This document shows, piece after piece, positions 11,039 to 21,713 of a stretch of DNA of 64,000 bases; the stretch's first letter is position 1; every line of letters begins with the position of its first letter. Source of the stretch: Neophaeotheca triangularis (lineage: Eukaryota); the NCBI GenBank assembly GCA_054600435.1, contig BAAIJX010000004.1, positions 682,001 to 746,000 on the forward strand. Direction: 5' to 3'. A program made the position numbers and the translations under genes. The notes under the pieces are model-generated. The model made no database searches and was not told the DNA's origin. It saw nothing but the letters and a program-made list of their open reading frames with translations.

Positions 11039-12937
11039 TTTGATGGAAGAAGAAAGTGTTGATTGATTGTGGTGGTGGTGGTAATGTGGATGTGGTAGAG
11101 AGTCGAATGGTTGTTGTTGTTGTTGTGAAAAGAAACACCCAGATGGATGAGGGGGTGGATTTACTTATACCTTGCCATTCCACGCGCCTCGGTCAACGAT
11201 GAGATGAACCCCTGGAGCTCCCAAGCATGCCACACAGCCATGACGAAGCCCCGAACCACAACAAAGATGAAAAGTACCAAGATGCTTCTTTGTTGATGTG
11301 ATGGCCAAGGCCGTGGGTGCATGGAACGGATTACTTGGGTACCTAGTCAGGCAGTTCCAACAATAGCCCACGGGCCAGTTGATTGCTGGGCGTTCGTAGG
11401 AGGTAGCTCCAGTCTCAACGGTCAAAAGGTAAAAAGTCTGGAGTTGTGACAATCTTACGGCAAGAATGTTCAATGATCGGGGGATTAATATTAATCTGGT
11501 CCAAATTCCCAATCTTCCCACGGGTCGGGGACAGGGCCAAGGCGAATGGTGGATGCGGTAAAGAATGCGGGAAGGGGTGCCATTGGACGGGTGGTGCAAC
11601 GCAGGGCTCTCAATGGTCGGATGGTTGCCGGTAAGGTTACCGCAAAGAATGGAGATGATCGTTCATTCTTCCGATGTCGTCTGGGCGCCAATTAATGGTC
11701 TCGTTTCGTCGCCCATGAAGATAGTGAATTATTGACAGGTCAAGGATTCGAGTCTGGTCGAGTGTGGGAGGAAGGATAGGATACGGGATGCCTAGTCGGT
11801 CCGTCCCAAAGAGGCAAGACAGGGTCGAGTCCAAACCATTTCCAGTAATGAAGCGGAGCTGTCTGGACGTTGCCAAGTGCATAGTGCCGTGTGGATTTGT
11901 TTACATTCCAAGCTGGGAGGTCTTGTGATTGCACATTGCAGAGGGAAGAGTCTTGGTAGATTACCCACCCATATTCTTACTGCAGTAGACAAGGCGAATG
12001 GCAGGAAAGTACCGAAGCCACGGGATAATAATAAGTCCAAGGTACTGACACCCTGCGACGGGAACGTGCGGCGGGAAGTGAGGATCATGTCGATCTCGAA
12101 GGGCAGTAGAGCATGTCACCATGTCACCGTGTCCCATGTCACTAACGTATCCCAGTGTAGGTGTTGGTTCACAAGTGTCTTCTTCCAAGTATTTTTCTCG
12201 GCGGGGTCAAAGCGACTTCTTATTAGTAGACTAACAGCATCACCACCATCTATCCATCTATCTACCCAATAACAAGCCCGTGTACTGCAGTCTACGAATA
12301 ACAATAAGCCTTAGGTACTACCTTAGTCCACTCGTTGTCGTCGAATAAAACTTTCAAGGCGAGGGGGGGGGAGACCTAGGTAGGTACAGTACCTTCCTAG
12401 CTCTCTCTCAACTCTTGACGTCTGGGCAAAAGTGGAGTATCACGTTCTGGGGAGAAAGTTTAAAAAAGTCTCCCCAGAAAATGCTAAGCCTAGGTACCTT
12501 AGGTACCTTGCCTTAGGAGGTACTGCGCCTCCACTTCCAAGGATCGGGACGCCAGCTTCCAGCTTATTTCGACTCAGGCCTAGGCTCTTGACGTCAAAAA
12601 GGACTCCACTCTCCGTCTCTCCCAAGGTCAGACCGTCAAACCATCAAACCATGTTTATTAGTAGTACAATAGTAGTTTGGCAACGGCTGTTGGTGTCTTA
12701 ACATACGTAGCTACCTTACCGTCTAATAAGTCTGACTACTGACTGACTGACTAGCTTGAGCAGTCTTGTCCCTATTATTGACAGGAATGTAGTAGGTAGC
12801 TGGTAGACAGACACACTGAGACAATAATCTAGACCGAGTCATCCCCATTCCCATCAACCCGGTAAACGAGCATCTCAACAAAACACAAAAACCACTCTAC
12901 CCATCTCTCAAAACTCAGCCACACTCACAATCACGTC

Positions 12938-13040
12938 CGATGCGATGCGATGCGATGCGACACGACACGACACGACGCGACGACCTACCACCCACGCGAC
13001 CAAAGCCGTCGTACAGCCATCCATCCATCCATCCATCCAA
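12938..13040. repeat. Compound microsatellite (GATGC)n, (CACGA)n, (CATC)n
   Basis: Tandem units are directly visible. Confidence 0.8.
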
Positions 13041-13725
13041 CCATCCCTCCTCAACCCTTTCCCCGCAAACAACAAAATCTCCCGTCAACTCAATCCAAAC
13101 ACCTCCGCCCATGCCCATACCGGGCGGCTCCACGCAAGATGAAAAAGAAAAAAAAAACGCCAAAGCCGCACCAATCGGCCGCTACCCTCACCACCCAAAA
13201 AAGAAAACCTTAGGCGGGAAGATCGACAGTAGTCCGACACCTCTCGAGTCCTCTCCCCCCCCTAGCCGTCTTAATCCAGAAGCAGCCAAGACAGACACAA
13301 GACAAGACGAGACAAGACAATCTATTTCGAGAGCGAAAAAAGCACTATCGCGGATACTAGGTAGGTATAGTAGTACTAGTATTGTGGAGTATAGTGCAGT
13401 ACAGTACAGTACAGTGTAGTAGTACCTTGGAGTACATAGCCAAGCCTACCCGGTACGCCCACCTGCCCCTAGCTCTAAGAAAGCAAGAAGAGGATAAGAA
13501 TAAGAACAAGACCCTATCTACGAGGACAATCACTCGGCGACGTCGCGGCGGTGGGAAATTGTCAGGAGCTTGATTTAACGGGCCAAGCGTAGGTTAGGTA
13601 GGTAAGGTAGGTACCTACTCGTAGTGACATCCACGCCTGCTACTCCTACTAAGACAGCATCCGTCAAAAACGACAGCAACACTTCCCTCTTTACTAACTA
13701 TTCCTACTACTTAGGTACTAGCTTA

Positions 13726-13809
13726 AGGTAGGTAGGTAGGTAGGTAGGTAGGTAGTACAATAAAAAACAAAAATCCCGACAGCTCTCAACTAGCTAGCTA
13801 GCTAGCTAG
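13726..13809. repeat. (AGGT)n and (CTAG)5 microsatellites
   Basis: AGGT run at 13726-13755 and five CTAG units at 13790-13809. Confidence 0.85.
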
Positions 13810-14300
13810 GTACCCTACCGTTTTAGGCGTCGTGTCCTAGGTAGGTAAGGTAGGTACTTAAGGCGTCTAGATAACTACCTACCTACCTTACCTACTTAGG
13901 TACTTCTAACAATACACCCGAGGGAAACCCCCCACGTGTCTTGGTAGCGAGGGCAGTGGAGAGCTGCCTACTACCTAGGTTCCCTATGTAGGCTTCTTTC
14001 CGTGCTAGTAATGCATTCCGTTCCCATTCCTATTCTATTCCTATGGAGCGCGGAGCGAGCTCGTGAGTGCGTAAGTGCGTGAGTGAGTAAGTAAGTACAT
14101 AAGTATAGGAGTACGTGAATGAGTGCCGGCGTGCTTACAAGGCGCGCCTACGTGAAAAGTCCCGACTGCCTAGCCCCGACGCGAGCGACTCGGGCGTTTA
14201 TAAGACCCGAATCCCTACAGTCGTAGACGAGTAGAAGCCACGTCTGTACGCTGTAGATAACTTGACTCACCACAAGGTAAGGAGAGGAAAGGAAAGGAAG

Positions 14301-14405
14301 GGTAAGGTAAGGTAAGGTAAGGTAAGGAAAGGTAAGGTAAGGTAAGGTAAGGTAAGGTAAGGTAAGGTAAGGTAAGGTAAGGTAAGGTAAGGTAAGGTAA
14401 GGTAA
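14301..14405. repeat. (GGTAA)21 pentanucleotide microsatellite
   Basis: 21 tandem units, one a GGAAA variant, preceded by GGAAA units. Confidence 0.95.
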
Positions 14406-15094
14406 AGGAAGTTACAGCGGGGGAAAAGAGGACAATGGACAAAGTCTCAAAGGTCTCGGAGTTTCAAAGGAGAGGGCCTGGATGGTGGTCCGGTGGAGGG
14501 TCGAGGTGTGACGGGGGGTTGGTTGGTTTGGTTGGTTTGGTTGGTTTGGTTGGTATTGTAGGTAAGGTAGGTAAGGTACGTAGGTAGACGTCCGACACAG
14601 GATGAACGGGTATGAAACAGACGTGGGGGACTTACGGAGGACCTTTTACTGAGGTCCCCGTCTTGAGATGACTAGCTTACGGTAGGTACGGTAGGTAGGT
14701 AGTGAAGTTCTTGTGTCTTTGATGATGATGATGATGACGGGGGTGGAGCTGGCTGGGGGAAGAGAGAGGAGGGGAGAGAGTAAGAAAGAGGGAGAGAGAG
14801 CCAAGGAGATAAAAACGCCTCGTGTGGCGGACTTCATCGTTCGCTTTCATGACAAAGATGAGTGAGGTATGTAGTTAAGTTGTCTACCTACCTTGATGGA
14901 ATAATAACAGCCAAGCAAAGGAGTGGTTTTGCCTCGGCTAGGTGGGGAAGGGAAAGGCGTGGTAGTCTGTTAGTTCTAGCAAATACAAAGGATCGCGCTA
15001 GTTTACTCTCGCCTCTCGCCTCTGCCAAGCAGGTCTATTGGGTCTTGTCGAGGCTAGCTAGCTCACTAAATCGACACATGACGGTCATCAACCA

Positions 15095-17911
15095 CTATTG
15101 ACTACTACCAGCAAACCACGCGTTCCAATCCAACCTCGTAGCCAATTCTGCCGCGGCTTCAGTAGCTTCATCTTCACCCACGCCGCCGCCGCCACCGTGG
15201 CCGCCAAGCGCAGACTGCGGTTTCGAGAATTTCTGGCTCTGGTCTAGGAGCGCTTGAATCAGCCGCGCCATCGCTGTGTCGAAATCTTCCAAGCTGCCGT
15301 CGCCTTTGTCTCGTTGCGAGGACGAGACTGAAGTTTCCGAGGGAGCTAGAGTGGTCGCCACGCGCAAGATGGTAGCGAGGACATTCTCGACCGCCTCGCG
15401 CAGCCGTTCTTGCTTGCGTTTGAGGAAGAGTCGGGTGCGGATGCGGTCAAGGTAGGTTTCGTGCAGGGAGCGGAGGGTGGAGATGCCTGTGGTGGTGCTG
15501 GTGGTACTGCTGTGGTTTTTTGCTGGGAATGAGGTGGATTTGGAAGAGTTGTATGGGGTTTCGGTGGTGGTTGGTTTCGAGATGGCTGTTAGAGAGGAGC
15601 TGAAGTCTTTCCAGGGGATGCTGATGCCTTCGTTCATGAAAAAGGACATGAGGTGGGAGGCGACGTGGTGGGCGCGATGGGCGAAGCGGAGCTGCTGGGT
15701 TGTGTTTCTTACATGGTGTTGGACTTTGCTGCCCGGACGTCTGAAAGAGACTGCTTTCAGCTGAACAGTGAGATAAACGACTCGTAGGAGTTTCAATAAG
15801 AATCGGAACACTTCGTCGTATTTTTGCATTGCGCTAGGTGTGAGGATGGCGTCGAGGGGAGCAGGTGGGGTGTATTGCAGTCGAAGAAAGTCCAGCGCGT
15901 ATGTTGACTGCACATCCATGACTTGGTCTATCTCTTTATCGCTGAGTTCGCGGATGCTGAAGCTCAATCCACCGGGTAAAGACGTTTCGTCCGCACGCCT
16001 TGTTGGAGAAGTGGTGTTTCCCGGCTGGTAAGCGTCCGTGAGGATACCCATGAGTGTCAATTGTAGCTCTGAACTTGCAGGTGGCCACTGCTGAGAGTTT
16101 CTTGTATTCAGCCGAAGACCCATGGTCTCGCTCGTAGGGATGTTGCCTCGTTTGCGCTGGGCAGATTGCATGTTGGAGCCGAAGAGGGCAGCACTGAGCC
16201 TTGCCACAAAATCGCCGTTGCCCAGAAGTTGGAAGCCATGTTGGAGTTCAAGGTGGGCCTCCAACTTGCAATCGTTGAAAAGGAAGCGTAGGAGATGCTT
16301 ATTGATGTCGCGAGACTGAGTTGACAGCTGAGGTCGCAAGTCGGCGAGAGGACTGTAGTCGGGGGAGGTAGTCAAAAATAGTTGGGGGCTGACCGGAACT
16401 TGACCCCCGTCAGTCAAAGCAATGTCGACAGTGGTGGGAAGCCTGCCGTCGGCATTGCTAGGCTGATCTTCGGGCAGCAACCCGAGTTTGCCTTCGAGTG
16501 CTTGGAAGTACAGCTCTTGCTTGTCATCTTGGGCCCAGGCTAAGCCTTCCAGATCATCCTGTCTCTGGGGAAGATCGCCGGTAGCGAGGGCAAGATGAAG
16601 CGGCTGTGGGGGGGTATGTGGTTGACCATCAACAGCCTCCCAGCTCCCAGCTTCTCCACTACGATGAAGCAGATGCGGCGCGTGGACTCTCAACAACTTG
16701 ATGCTTGCTTTCATCTCCACAATTACCGACCAGTCTTCGCTGTCAACGAAAGCTGGTTTTGGAGCAACATCTCTCTCATCGAAGGAGGTGTCCAAAGCAG
16801 TCGCATCGACGGTATCTCGATCGGAGTCCAGCTGGGGTGCAACTACGCTGACATGACCATCGTCAAGGCCAATATCTTGCTTCAGCCTGTCAAGCCATGG
16901 CGCGCTCACGCGAGCGAGCAAGGCCCGTAGAACCGGTACAAATACGCCATCAGCTTCAACATGGGTATAGACTTGATCCGATAGTCTAGCAATAGCTTCC
17001 TCATCCGAAGTGATACCCGCCGTCACGCTTACGCAATCCTCGAGCAAGCTTAGCAGCTGGGCAGGGCGAAAAACTGACTTTTGCAGCTGCAAGAGGCTGC
17101 GGATGGCTTGAAAATCAGCAGCGACGTTTCGCTCCACAGTGTCAAGCACGTCAGCCAACGCGGCTTTGAACGCGATCAGCGCCGAGCAAGTCTTGTTTTG
17201 CTTAGAAAAAGAGCTGGAAAAGTCTCTGAGTCTTCGTAGTCTTGTACCGACGCCCATGAGATGATCAACGTAACTCTGGGAACATGCGACGCTCAATCCG
17301 GACATGGGAACGTCTTGAAGCGTTTGAACGAAGCAATTCTTACTCACGTTCCATTGGAAGAAGACGGAGGATCGGCCCATTGCCAAGTTGCAGAGGGGTC
17401 TTAGCATAGCATGCTGTGGTAGAACGCCAGCATTGTTGCCACGGGGTTTATGCTGGGCGATAGCTGCATCGAAAGCAGCAGTGCCAGCTTCGGATAGGTA
17501 GGTTGACTTCTCCGAGCTAGGGACATGCTTTCGTTCGAAAGCTTCCCACGTCTTGAGTCGAGGTGCTTGTTCCTTTTCGGGACCCAGTTCGAGCGTCCAA
17601 ACGTCCGGCAGCGAGGATTGGGAGGCATCCTCAAACGGTGCAGATGGGCATGGGGATTCTCGGAGCTCAACCGGCGGAAGCAATGGAGGTTTTGCTGCGG
17701 TTTCGTCGATATTGTCGAGGTCTTCTGGCTCAGGAATACCAAGCTCGAGACTCCCGTCGTACGGGCTCTGCTTACTGCCCACATCCAGGGGCGGCAATTC
17801 CAGGTCCAGTGGTCTGAACAGACTGTCCGTTTCCTCATCAAGCGTGAAACTAGAAGTGACCCATAAACCATCAGTAGCAAAGGCAGATTTGCCTAGAAGT
17901 GAGTCGTCCAT
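15095..17911 (-). CDS. Gamma-tubulin complex component, Spc97/Spc98 family (GCP6-like)
   Basis: Long intronless ORF, first ATG at 17911. Contains GRIP-family segments LEAHLELQHGFQLLGNGDFVARLSAALF, WPPASSELQLTLMGIL and ALDFLRLQYTPPAPLDAILTPSAMQKYDEVFRFLLKLLRV. Confidence 0.85.
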   Translation of the reverse strand: MDDSLLGKSAFATDGLWVTSSFTLDEETDSLFRPLDLELPPLDVGSKQSPYDGSLELGIPEPEDLDNIDETAAKPPLLPPVELRESPCPSAPFEDASQSSLPDVWTLELGPEKEQAPRLKTWEAFERKHVPSSEKSTYLSEAGTAAFDAAIAQHKPRGNNAGVLPQHAMLRPLCNLAMGRSSVFFQWNVSKNCFVQTLQDVPMSGLSVACSQSYVDHLMGVGTRLRRLRDFSSSFSKQNKTCSALIAFKAALADVLDTVERNVAADFQAIRSLLQLQKSVFRPAQLLSLLEDCVSVTAGITSDEEAIARLSDQVYTHVEADGVFVPVLRALLARVSAPWLDRLKQDIGLDDGHVSVVAPQLDSDRDTVDATALDTSFDERDVAPKPAFVDSEDWSVIVEMKASIKLLRVHAPHLLHRSGEAGSWEAVDGQPHTPPQPLHLALATGDLPQRQDDLEGLAWAQDDKQELYFQALEGKLGLLPEDQPSNADGRLPTTVDIALTDGGQVPVSPQLFLTTSPDYSPLADLRPQLSTQSRDINKHLLRFLFNDCKLEAHLELQHGFQLLGNGDFVARLSAALFGSNMQSAQRKRGNIPTSETMGLRLNTRNSQQWPPASSELQLTLMGILTDAYQPGNTTSPTRRADETSLPGGLSFSIRELSDKEIDQVMDVQSTYALDFLRLQYTPPAPLDAILTPSAMQKYDEVFRFLLKLLRVVYLTVQLKAVSFRRPGSKVQHHVRNTTQQLRFAHRAHHVASHLMSFFMNEGISIPWKDFSSSLTAISKPTTTETPYNSSKSTSFPAKNHSSTTSTTTGISTLRSLHETYLDRIRTRLFLKRKQERLREAVENVLATILRVATTLAPSETSVSSSQRDKGDGSLEDFDTAMARLIQALLDQSQKFSKPQSALGGHGGGGGVGEDEATEAAAELATRLDWNAWFAGSSQ

Positions 17912-17970
17912 TTGTGGCACGCATGCCTCCGAGACAACGAATATCGATGTTTATTCATTCGTCAACGACG

Positions 17971-18008
17971 ACGCGTTGTGTCTTATTAGTGCTGTAGGGT
18001 GAACGCGA
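17971..18008. promoter_or_regulatory. MCB-like elements (ACGCGT, ACGCGA) upstream of the GCP gene
   Basis: ACGCGT at 17971-17976 and ACGCGA at 18003-18008, 60-100 bp upstream of the ATG of a spindle-pole gene. Confidence 0.45.
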
Positions 18009-18919
18009 CTTTGGAAGAAAGCCTGCCTCGTTGCTGCCTCAGGCTGCTATCTCTTCTGCCAAGACCCCCGCCTTCCCATCGACCCTAATCAGCACGTGAC
18101 TGAGCACCTCATCCCGTCGACCGCGGCTGGGCTTTCAAGCAATTAATCTTCGCAGAATCTTCGCTCGCTAAGGTACGTTAACCTAAGGTAAGCGATGATG
18201 ATGATGATGTCTACCACTACCCGGCTGTTACAACCAGTGGAGGACCTCAGCAGAATAACGATAATGAGGTGGCTCTTATCAACTTCCCTGCCTACCGCCT
18301 TTTTCTTGGACTCTTCTAGTAGGAGGTAGGTCGGCTAACTTATGCAAGATGCAGGTCTTGAAGCGATTAAAATATTATCATTAATTATTATTATAATAAT
18401 AAAATAGGCCAACCTTAACCCTCATTCGATCGACTAACTCTATCTGCTTCAGCGCCACCCAGTTGAAGTTCCCACCGGCCGCCCCGTCCGCCACAACAGC
18501 TGGAATTTCCTCCACTCAACGCTCTCTCCCTCCCTCTCCCTCCCTCTCCCTCCCTCTCCCTCCATGCTTGCTGAGCACGAGAGACTGCCGTGCAAAGGTG
18601 GGTCGCTGATGCCGTGCATTTATTCTGTACTAAGTTATGTCATTTCTAGAACGCTGCCAGGTTAGCTCCCTCCTCTCATCATTTGAACTCCTACAACATC
18701 TTCCATCTTCTATCTTTCCTCTTTAGCTTTTTCACTCCTATCCCATCCATTACAGTGCAGGCTCTAGGGACTCAGAGGGTGTCCGAAAAGCCGCACCCGT
18801 TCGCTGCGTATCTTTCTATCCGCAAAAAGCTTAGGAGAATTACATAAATTGCGGATCCGGAAAAGTACTTGTACACAACCTTCATACACAACGAACCGCA
18901 ACACAAACCGAAACGCAAC

Positions 18920-20759
18920 ATGTTTGGTCGCGAGAAAAATCGCGTCGGTTCCATCCAGGAAGCCGGCGACTGGCCTGATGCCTCTTCCGGGGATCGCGGT
19001 GCCGATATCATTCCTGCGGGTGGCGTTGACGAGAATGGTGTTATGGACCTCGACTCTGGTGTCAAGCGCGGACTCAAGAACAGACACTTGTCTATGATGG
19101 CGCTCGCTGGTATCATTGGGCCTGGTCTCCTTATCGGTGCTGGTGGTGCGCTTGCTAACGGTGGTCCTGCGTCTCTGTTGATTGGTTTTGGTGTTATTGG
19201 TATCATTGTATGACGTCTCGATACCCAGCATCATCACTGCAACTTACTAACGACAAACAGGCATTCTTCATCATGCAGTCTCTGGGAGAGATGACTACGC
19301 TGTTCCCTGGTGGTGGCAGCTTCATTTCCATGGCTGAGAGGTTCGTTGACAAGGGTTTCTCGGTCGCCGTTGGCTGGAATTACTTTATCATCTGGGCTGC
19401 TGTCCTGGCCAACGAGTACAACGTCATTTCCAGCATCATGGTCTTCTGGAGCGACAAAATCCCTCTATGGGGCTACTTCCTCATCTTCTGGTTCACATTC
19501 CAAGCATTCCAGATGTTAGGTGTCTCCGTCTTTGGTGAGGCTGAGTTCTGGCTTGCGCTTTTCAAATTGGTCGGTTTGACTGCCTTCTTCATCTTCGCAA
19601 TCATATATGCCGCTGGAGGTCTCATAGGTCAAACCGAACCACTCGGATTCCGTTACTGGGATGACCCGGGACCATTTAACGGCAACGGCTTCCGCGGTGT
19701 GGCGACAGTCTTCGTCTTCTGCAGTACATTCTACGCAGGCGTTGAGTCAGTGGCTATTGCTGCGACCGAGACTCGAAACCCTGGTAAAGCAGTTCCCACG
19801 GCCATCCGGCAGGTCTTTTGGCGTATCGTGAGTGTTCCGCGCCGGCTCCTCGTTCTGCGATAACCCCCAAACTAAACAATATCCAGATCTTCGTCTACAT
19901 GGGAAGCGCTTTCTTCTTCGGCATCACCTGCCCAGCTAATGCCAACGACCTCGTCTCCGCCGAAGCCGAAACTCTGCAATCACCCATGACAGTCGCCATC
20001 CAAACCGCCGGCTGGAACGGCGGCTACAACCTCATCAATGCCTTCATTCTCGTAACCTGCCTGTCCGCCATCAACAGCTCCATCTACATTGGCGCCCGCA
20101 CAATTCTCTACATGGCGCAATCGGGCAAAGCTCCCAAATTCCTCGGCTATGTGAACAAGCAAGGTGTCCCCGTCTTCGCCATCACCTTCACCAACATGGT
20201 CGGCGCTCTGAGCATGATGAACATCTCGACCGGTGCCGCGCAAGCCTACCAATACATCGTCAACCTCTCCGGCGTCGCCGTCTTTCTCGTCTGGGGCAGC
20301 ATCTCTTTCATGCACATCCGCTTCCGCGCAGCTTGGGCCCGCGGCGGCCGTTCCAAAGAAGACCTCCCCTACAAATCCCTCTGGTACCCCTTCAACGCCT
20401 ACTTCGGCCTCATCGTCAACCTCTTCCTCGCTTTCGTCCAAGGCTGGACAACCCTCTCGCCCTTTGAAGCCGGCAATTTCGTCGACGCCTACATCCTGCT
20501 CCCGCTCTTCCCCATCATCTGGATCGTTTACAAATTCTTCACCGTTGAGTGGAAGCCCGTTTGGAAGCTGTACTACCCCAAGCCGATCTTCGGAAAGCGC
20601 ACGCATTTCGTCAGGGTCCACGAGATCGACATTGATAGCGGTCGGAGGACGGATTTGGATAAGAAGGGGCTTACGGATGAGGAGAGCGATGAGGTTGCCG
20701 GTGAGGCGGCGGAGAAGAAGAATCTGTCGTGGTGGAGGAGGGCTTGGAACTTTTTCTGA
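18920..20759 (+). CDS. Amino-acid permease (APC superfamily, yeast amino acid transporter family), 3 exons, 575 aa
   Basis: Motifs KRGLKNRHLSMMALAGIIGPGLLIG, GEAEFWLA, AATETRNP and DIDSGRR. Exons 18920-19207, 19261-19827 and 19887-20759 join in frame via GT-AG introns. Confidence 0.93.
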
Positions 20760-21026
20760 TCTACGGATGGGAAGAAGAGAGGGGTTTCGGGGGATGAGTT
20801 TCGTCGCGAGGTCGATGCTGGATTACGTGATGTGGGCAGAAGGTTGTGGTGGTGTTGATGGTGGTTTTTGCAGGTGCTTTCGCTGATGACTTTGGATGCT
20901 TCACGACCGGTTTCGTTCGATTGTAGATACACAGAGGTGCCTAGGTGCACTTACCATTGACGATTTGCTATGAAGGCCCCTTGCGCTGTTCTCTTTTGAT
21001 ATCCGATCGAGCGAGCGATGGCTCCA

Positions 21027-21185
21027 GGCAGTGGCCTCACCGTGGCGAGAGCGGGAGAGTGAAACGAAACGAGGTCAATTAGCGCACCCAATGAGAGAGG
21101 AGGACCGGCAGTGGCCTCACTGTGGCGAGAGCGGGAGAGTGAAACGAAACGAGGTCAATCTAGCGAACGTAATGGGAGAGGAGGA
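21027..21185. repeat. 80-bp tandem duplication
   Basis: GGCAGTGGCCTCAC(C/T)GTGGCGAGAGCGGGAGAGTGAAACGAAACGAGGTCAAT occurs at 21027 and again at 21107. Confidence 0.9.
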
Positions 21186-21713
21186 GATGCGGTTGACGTA
21201 TCTGATGTGCGAGGAAGTGTCGAGATCACGCGGTGCCGCCATGTTCAAGCTGCTATACATGAAGGCCTCTCCCACTACTGGTCGTCGGACCGAGCGAGCC
21301 GTGGCTTTTCGCAGTGCCAGGTTTCAGGATGAGCAGGCCAATGAAAGAAAGACAAGGTCGATTACGCGAACTAAATGCAAAGAAGAGGAGGTGCCAATGC
21401 TTTGCTTGACGCGGGAGGAAATCCCGAGAAGACGCACTTGAAGTTTTGAAGATGCTCGTGCAAGTGGTTTGGATTGCTTTGATGGCTGGTGGGGGATGCT
21501 GTGGACTACAAAGGCAGCGTGATAACGATCAGCCGCACGCTGCTGTCCCTCCAAATATCACCAGGCGTTCTGTTCCTTCTTTTTCGGAGCGTCTGACCGC
21601 GTCTGCCACTATGGTTCGTTCTCCGCTGAGGTGCAAGGGCCCTGTGCATTGTCTTTTCGTCCAGATCTTTCCACTGAGCGTCAGAATCTGGCCAGCGGAT
21701 GGGGGCCACACAT

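Noticed and set aside
14215..14442. ORF with LTLPY repeats; (GGTAA)n as a telomeric repeat
   Set aside because: The ORF is just the translation of the microsatellite. The unit is not TTAGGG and the array is internal.
18360..18430. AT-rich patch with TAACCCT, considered as a telomerase RNA template or a telomere seed
   Set aside because: There is only one imperfect unit and no supporting structure. It lies in a divergent promoter region.
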